The notes under the pieces: generated by a model
What the model was told of the DNA's origin: nothing
The model's database searches: none
Seen by the model: only the letters and a program-made list of their open reading frames with translations
Position numbers and translations under genes: made by a program
From: a virus
Taxonomy: Duplodnaviria > Caudoviricetes
Virus record (IMG/VR): IMGVR_UViG_3300043451_000056
Location: 1 to 26,233 of that record
Length of the DNA: 26,233 nucleotides
Strand: one strand, 5' to 3'
In this document: positions 25,301 to 26,233 of the stretch, piece after piece
Numbering within the stretch: position 1 is the first letter of the stretch
How the letters are laid out: the number at the start of each line of letters is the position of its first letter

Positions 25301-26233
25301 AATATCCAATAAATTAGATGATTCTACTTCAGATGCTCTTAATAAGGCCTTGTCTTTTATTTTTCGTTTCGCTGTGGGAGTTTTATTTCCTCGTTTTCTT
25401 TTAACAGCTGTTTGAACACCCTCTGTAGAAGGTCCCCCTTCTTGCGTCTCTTGAACTCCTGTAGCACCTGTTGTTTCAGTGGCGCCTTCTCCTCGTTCTT
25501 GGGTATTAGATTTTTTTGCTCTAGTTTCATATTTTGCTTTTATTTTATCAAGCTTAATTCTTTTTCCACCTTGTACCGATTCATTAAAGCTCTTCATAAA
25601 ATCAACCAACTCTGTTGCGTCGGCTAATTCATCAAAAGCTGCTGTATCCATATTTAGCTTCTGCATCAAGCTTCTGATTGCTAAACGAACGTTTTCTATA
25701 AACGTCTTGTCTGCAAGTAAATTTTCGTTGTTAGCCATTAACCCAGCTAATTCAGACAAGTATTCTTCTGCTTGAACATCTGCGCCAAAGCCCTTCTCTT
25801 CAGTATAGCCTTTGCTAAACTGGTCTAAGTATTCAGCACCACTCATCTCCATTACTTCGCCCGTAGCTTTGTCGCGAACTTTTAATGTTTCGTTCTTCTT
25901 AATCCGACCCATAATACGCTTGCGCATATCAATAAATGCTTGCGGGTTCTTAGAAGCGATGCTCACTAATGCGGCGTGGAATATCTCGTGGGAGATAGAC
26001 GCCTGATTCATATTATTTACGTTGATGTGGATGTTTCCATCTCTAACGTAAGAAGCGTTACTTGTGCGAGCTTGTTGCTCATCAAATGTAGATGCGTCAG
26101 ATTCGCTACGAAGTCCAGCAACATAGTCATCTTCATTTGTGTACAGGTAGATATTAGCATCACTTACCGAACGCAATGCTTTTTGAGCCTTAATAATACG
26201 CAACTTAGCCTCATTTGAGATTTGCATCTGTTG
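19313..26233 (-). CDS. large polyvalent protein, probably 5'-truncated (zincin, acidic linker, LPD1-like zincin, ART-like fold, helical C-terminus)
   Basis: >=2304 aa, frame open to the window edge; HEIFH 25976-25990; GSLAHEWWHALD..ELSARAFE (HEWWH 23405-23419); LYHGS..GYGMYLS..YIVFD. Confidence 0.85.
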   Translation of the reverse strand, partial: QQMQISNEAKLRIIKAQKALRSVSDANIYLYTNEDDYVAGLRSESDASTFDEQQARTSNASYVRDGNIHINVNNMNQASISHEIFHAALVSIASKNPQAFIDMRKRIMGRIKKNETLKVRDKATGEVMEMSGAEYLDQFSKGYTEEKGFGADVQAEEYLSELAGLMANNENLLADKTFIENVRLAIRSLMQKLNMDTAAFDELADATELVDFMKSFNESVQGGKRIKLDKIKAKYETRAKKSNTQERGEGATETTGATGVQETQEGGPSTEGVQTAVKRKRGNKTPTAKRKIKDKALLRASEVESSNLLDIVKQYFIKGGSIVRGRTKDISKRTVTPEAGSLVTLFTTKGAFGYTDDTKAMRARFKLTDSRENGALTIPEIAKAIAESEVGKKYKLVTGDIESALKDMLLEFSDRKAMAQSVLDNNGISLEAEAETTTEVSPEAETGLTAEQEQQTQQEFEEFVAEEAGLTVEEFQEAAGEDPAVGEMQAAAEEAIDIVENPEENPEIAAELEVTPEEEAAIEGMSEQEAEEYLGGTEVEPEPVTKAKAKKGKTAKVGTVEVGRKKSSGTSRNKGKVLSYDLEVETEDIEGLTVAQAAPNLDFVSLLNDGKLTLRQVAAIKYLLSFLPSSNRFLSDSVNIVKTRKYIKLVIEGGDASVDQLLSSLPESQKFGFKLYYNAIETLRLIGKTELLNARSKYAITISRPWSGGADKIYITTTAGSTDWGIKNNGRFESEQDAINELVDLLSLSKGVKNSDGFVAFKPSGASLYRIGKFINGRFFEVMEKIDGILPFMFNSKTDADKFISKNLTKIKDLFEGNKYTKSEVDSHIESGKSNRVGTDWRGGKDVSSQDVFEKFGLRGVDFISGMSKDEKQSVLNDTYDALMDMAEALNVPAKALGLGGKIGIKYGIARDETSKGGAFRRNEYTIKLSRANIGSLAHEWWHALDNYFGEMGFGSYQMLTSGEFKNKTSKPDLRPEMLDAFKSILEAIEGSDYEKRARKLDSGSGYYKSKPIELSARAFERLLIYKADLQGKRNDFLAKLWDTTKETDADYEYLKGEELGQFEALFDTLFKTIKAKEEGNRTILYQSSGLEVEPRALGLTSDIIAASNEAQDNMAEDGAVTVRYQQKYGPIDLYHGSGWMFDKFSLDHLGKGEGAQMYGYGMYLSEDKDIATNYAKSNQGNKLKVMGLLSFLPKKLQNEAYAKLQGNISIKDWTKYLDENKGFLGIDITKSQREKLVAAYGYRNVYTVMYRPNNMTSLWLDWHDNVSAAAAVQIISGAKKLIKPFHNQLKSLVDKNGKALKGKEAELQTVMKGFQLVKILGEEVTAKELMAHTGGEFYGRLQSSLGNQKLASELLLGMGIDGNRVPVGYFINMQTGRPIVQSNQKYNYIVFDADRLKIMNRNTMRFQSEGADLALVDDAAEYKMVELYGNPQEMLAHFESKFKLNDAANQKGFANKLSKASRTLEGAISDNIMTRSLARAFGAGIDAIEWVGDAGFINVTTGVDDNGNPITKKLSFNYVWNKMFGMSEAKARELTLKGLESNNRFANIASNVATGLVKNLSVTDSLQKQSREYNGYKANAHNLIYRLSKSLNGMIGFDAEALRRVHSLLDPEAFEDVDRTNLPSNPLELSVSELRLFNALRTMNDYIHEWHYKNGFLDKETYDKNKGKYFARAYSEIEMKKFKDINDAMDSMIAGTDLSMFKQRKDFEMVQLNLMEDPIYITCKRLAQMTHNQAIVEFCDDIANSNEYAMYDTLDAIPANLQQYYRKLDGFGNKMRFGQLTNKYVPMAIYEQIYGTQFASEAMSTLFNILKKYDKMALRQLLKKSKTVYNPLARIANIVSSFAFAFQGGVDPFSLLTKRISAKEQLDNYGEFAQDLTKAGLIGTSGINQILQGLDENGTTYKILKALKIPESALAKANDLDNTIKQTYGKADDVAKLAMYMSLVQDRGKTKEEAIQIVAESMQNYNTVGKFHILGSMTPVVGNAFIRFKADATRILYNGISKRPLFTMAYIGMLYGIKELLSDMSGEDDEEKEAREERPFTTKWGAGPFALPMNWKIGNKEYNVSRYLSPYYIYDQGYYGDNLVDLSQYAPYQIQKLQVGKGTGLLHTGYVPALADPFLGVAAQLIFDYDYRGNSIADPSASRFNPQTISKTGQLMNQISYASRSLGSPYYGWVADQYAAYQGKLDAYDRKREPFDAALNLVIKNEDIDSEILRDKYAKHLNRMIKESESAQSILNSARKKAQEKIMVINANTELTPSQKQSQIDDITSEWSRMYSEKKKDVERIKEEIAEPYQRFLKLKQPKKR

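Noticed and set aside
19783-26218. Short + strand and alternate-frame ORFs within the giant gene
   Set aside because: Shadow ORFs of a long coding strand; Ser/Phe/Leu-rich with no motifs.
1-26233. Stop-codon reassignment explaining the many short genes
   Set aside because: DnaB and the 2304-aa gene are uninterrupted in the standard code; TAA, TAG and TGA all end genes next to the following start; no suppressor tRNA is seen.

Overview
A fragment of a tailed dsDNA phage genome, standard genetic code. The host is probably a Bacteroidota (Flavobacterium/Cytophaga-like) bacterium, inferred from TAnnTTTG promoters and A-rich starts lacking Shine-Dalgarno sequences. Bases 1-17.5 kb (+ strand) are an early/replication region of about 50 tightly packed, mostly small genes. 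They include an HTH replication initiator with internal iteron-like repeats, DnaB helicase, a PD-(D/E)XK exonuclease, an SSB-like protein, HTH regulators and a RusA-like resolvase. Bases 17.5-26.2 kb (- strand) hold small basic proteins, an HNH-type nuclease, a ferritin/Dps-like protein and the 3' part of a >2300-aa polyvalent protein (two HExxH zincin modules and an ART-like fold). Most notable: (1) a promoter-driven non-coding locus at 11.4-12.2 kb with a 129-nt tRNA-like RNA whose anticodon arm is expanded, flanked by two covarying TGAC..GAAAGA hairpins and followed by a palindrome cluster; (2) a mini-gene block at 7.65-9.6 kb whose junctions carry a repeated 17-mer and whose paralogs share near-identical DNA islands between divergent segments, suggesting cassette shuffling; (3) a leader upstream of the replication operon in which a hairpin loop is exactly complementary to a terminator loop. 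All family assignments are from motif recognition by eye; no searches were run.
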